64,000 nt of DNA. Source: Bryobacterales bacterium. GTDB lineage: Bacteria; Acidobacteriota; Terriglobia; Bryobacterales; UBA6623. The translations under genes and the position numbers were made by a program. The DNA lies in assembly GCA_963422375.2 (NCBI GenBank), contig OY729428.2, forward strand, positions 416,001 to 480,000. Reading direction: 5' to 3'. Positions 63,286-64,000 of this stretch are shown here, piece by piece. Under the pieces are notes generated by a model. The model searched no databases and was not told where the DNA came from. It saw only the letters and a program-made list of their open reading frames with translations. Each line of letters begins with the position of its first letter. Within the stretch, counting starts at the first letter, position 1.

Positions 63286-63508
63286 CTGAGCCGCAATGCA
63301 TCTTGCGGTCCGTGCGTGAGCCACAAACCAGCTTGCGGATCGCGAAACCTCGAATCTGAGCCGCAATGCATCTTGCGGTCCGTGCGTGAGCCACAAACCA
63401 GCTTGCGGATCGCGAAACCTCGAATCTGAGCCGCAATGCATCTTGCGGTCCGTGCGTGAGCCACAAACCAGCTTGCGGATCGCGAAACCTCGAATCTGAG
63501 CCGCAATG
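63286..63508. repeat. Perfect 70-bp tandem repeat x3 plus a 13-bp partial unit; each unit carries two palindromes
   Basis: Units start at 63286, 63356, 63426 and 63496 (partial); palindromes CCGCAA-N6-TTGCGG and CCACAA-N6-TTGCGG. Confidence 0.97.
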
Positions 63509-63514
63509 TATACT
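63509..63514 (+). promoter_or_regulatory. Putative -10 box (TATACT) of the Fic gene
   Basis: Immediately follows the last partial repeat; the same TAnnnT pattern precedes many genes in the window. Confidence 0.45.
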
Positions 63515-63629
63515 GTCCGTATCTCTTCGTCGGTCGGGCCGAGGCAACGATGCCTCGACCGGTCGCTCCGAATGGGAATCGCGAATCACCGGGCCCCTAC
63601 CGTCGCAGACGACCCAGCTCCCAGACGCC

Positions 63630-64000
63630 GTGTCAGCAGTTCACTACCACGAAGGCCGGTTCCCGCCTGACAAGCGCCTCGACTGGCCGGCGCTCGTTCC
63701 ATTGCTGGGTCCGACGGCGGCAGCGGTGGCCCGTTACGACGGAATGCTGGGTGCCATGCCCAACCCGGATGTCCTCCTGGCACCGCTGACCGCACGTGAA
63801 GCCGTGCTGTCGTCACGAATCGAAGGCACCCAAGCCAGCACGGCCGAGGTGCTGGAGTTCGCAGCCGGTCGTCCGGCCGACTCGCTGGCGAGAGCGAGCG
63901 AGTACCGCGAGGTTCTCAACTACCGCACCGCGATGTCCATCGCCATCGAGATGCTGGACAGGCTGCCGCTGTCGCTCCGGGTCGTCCGCGAGGCGCACAG
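63630..64000 (+). CDS. Fic family protein (DUF4172-type N-terminus), runs off the window end
   Basis: Manual translation from GTG 63630: HY..G.FPP...DW..L.PL....AAAVARYDG.L..MPNP..LL.PL...EAVLSSRIEGTQAS...EV.NY..A.....LPLS.R..RE.H; autoinhibitory-type SxxIEG motif. Confidence 0.9.
   Translation, partial: MSAVHYHEGRFPPDKRLDWPALVPLLGPTAAAVARYDGMLGAMPNPDVLLAPLTAREAVLSSRIEGTQASTAEVLEFAAGRPADSLARASEYREVLNYRTAMSIAIEMLDRLPLSLRVVREAH

Noticed and set aside
63286..63508. CRISPR array
   Set aside because: The sequences between palindromes are identical in each unit, so there are no unique spacers, and there are no cas genes in the window.

Overview
High-GC bacterial window. Gene content (Oar-type TonB-dependent receptor, PVC-type heme protein, DUF3467, PHP/beta-propeller proteins) suggests Acidobacteriota, probably Bryobacterales; this is inference. 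1-24 kb is mostly core genes: folD, rsgA, SPOR/SPFH/nfeD, a PP2C phosphatase-K+ channel-nnr-tsaE-ruvAB-deoxynucleoside kinase operon, a CtpA-like protein lacking both catalytic residues, and a sugar transferase. 24-64 kb is accessory and decaying. It holds an ISNCY-like element, an IS1595 with perfect 24-bp IRs and an 8-bp TSD, IS1595/hsdR/tnpB remnants and a heavy-metal RND system. It also holds a 5.3-kb TonB-receptor cassette between two reciprocally decayed ~1.3-kb direct repeats, a ~285-bp unexplained element in two inverted copies, and a perfect 3x70-bp palindrome array over the putative promoter of a Fic gene. Two window-wide signals stand out: dead sequences seem to drift A:T->G:C (with an internal intact-vs-dead control), and many genes have a TAnnnT box only 6-12 nt before the start codon. 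No rRNA, tRNA or CRISPR array was found.
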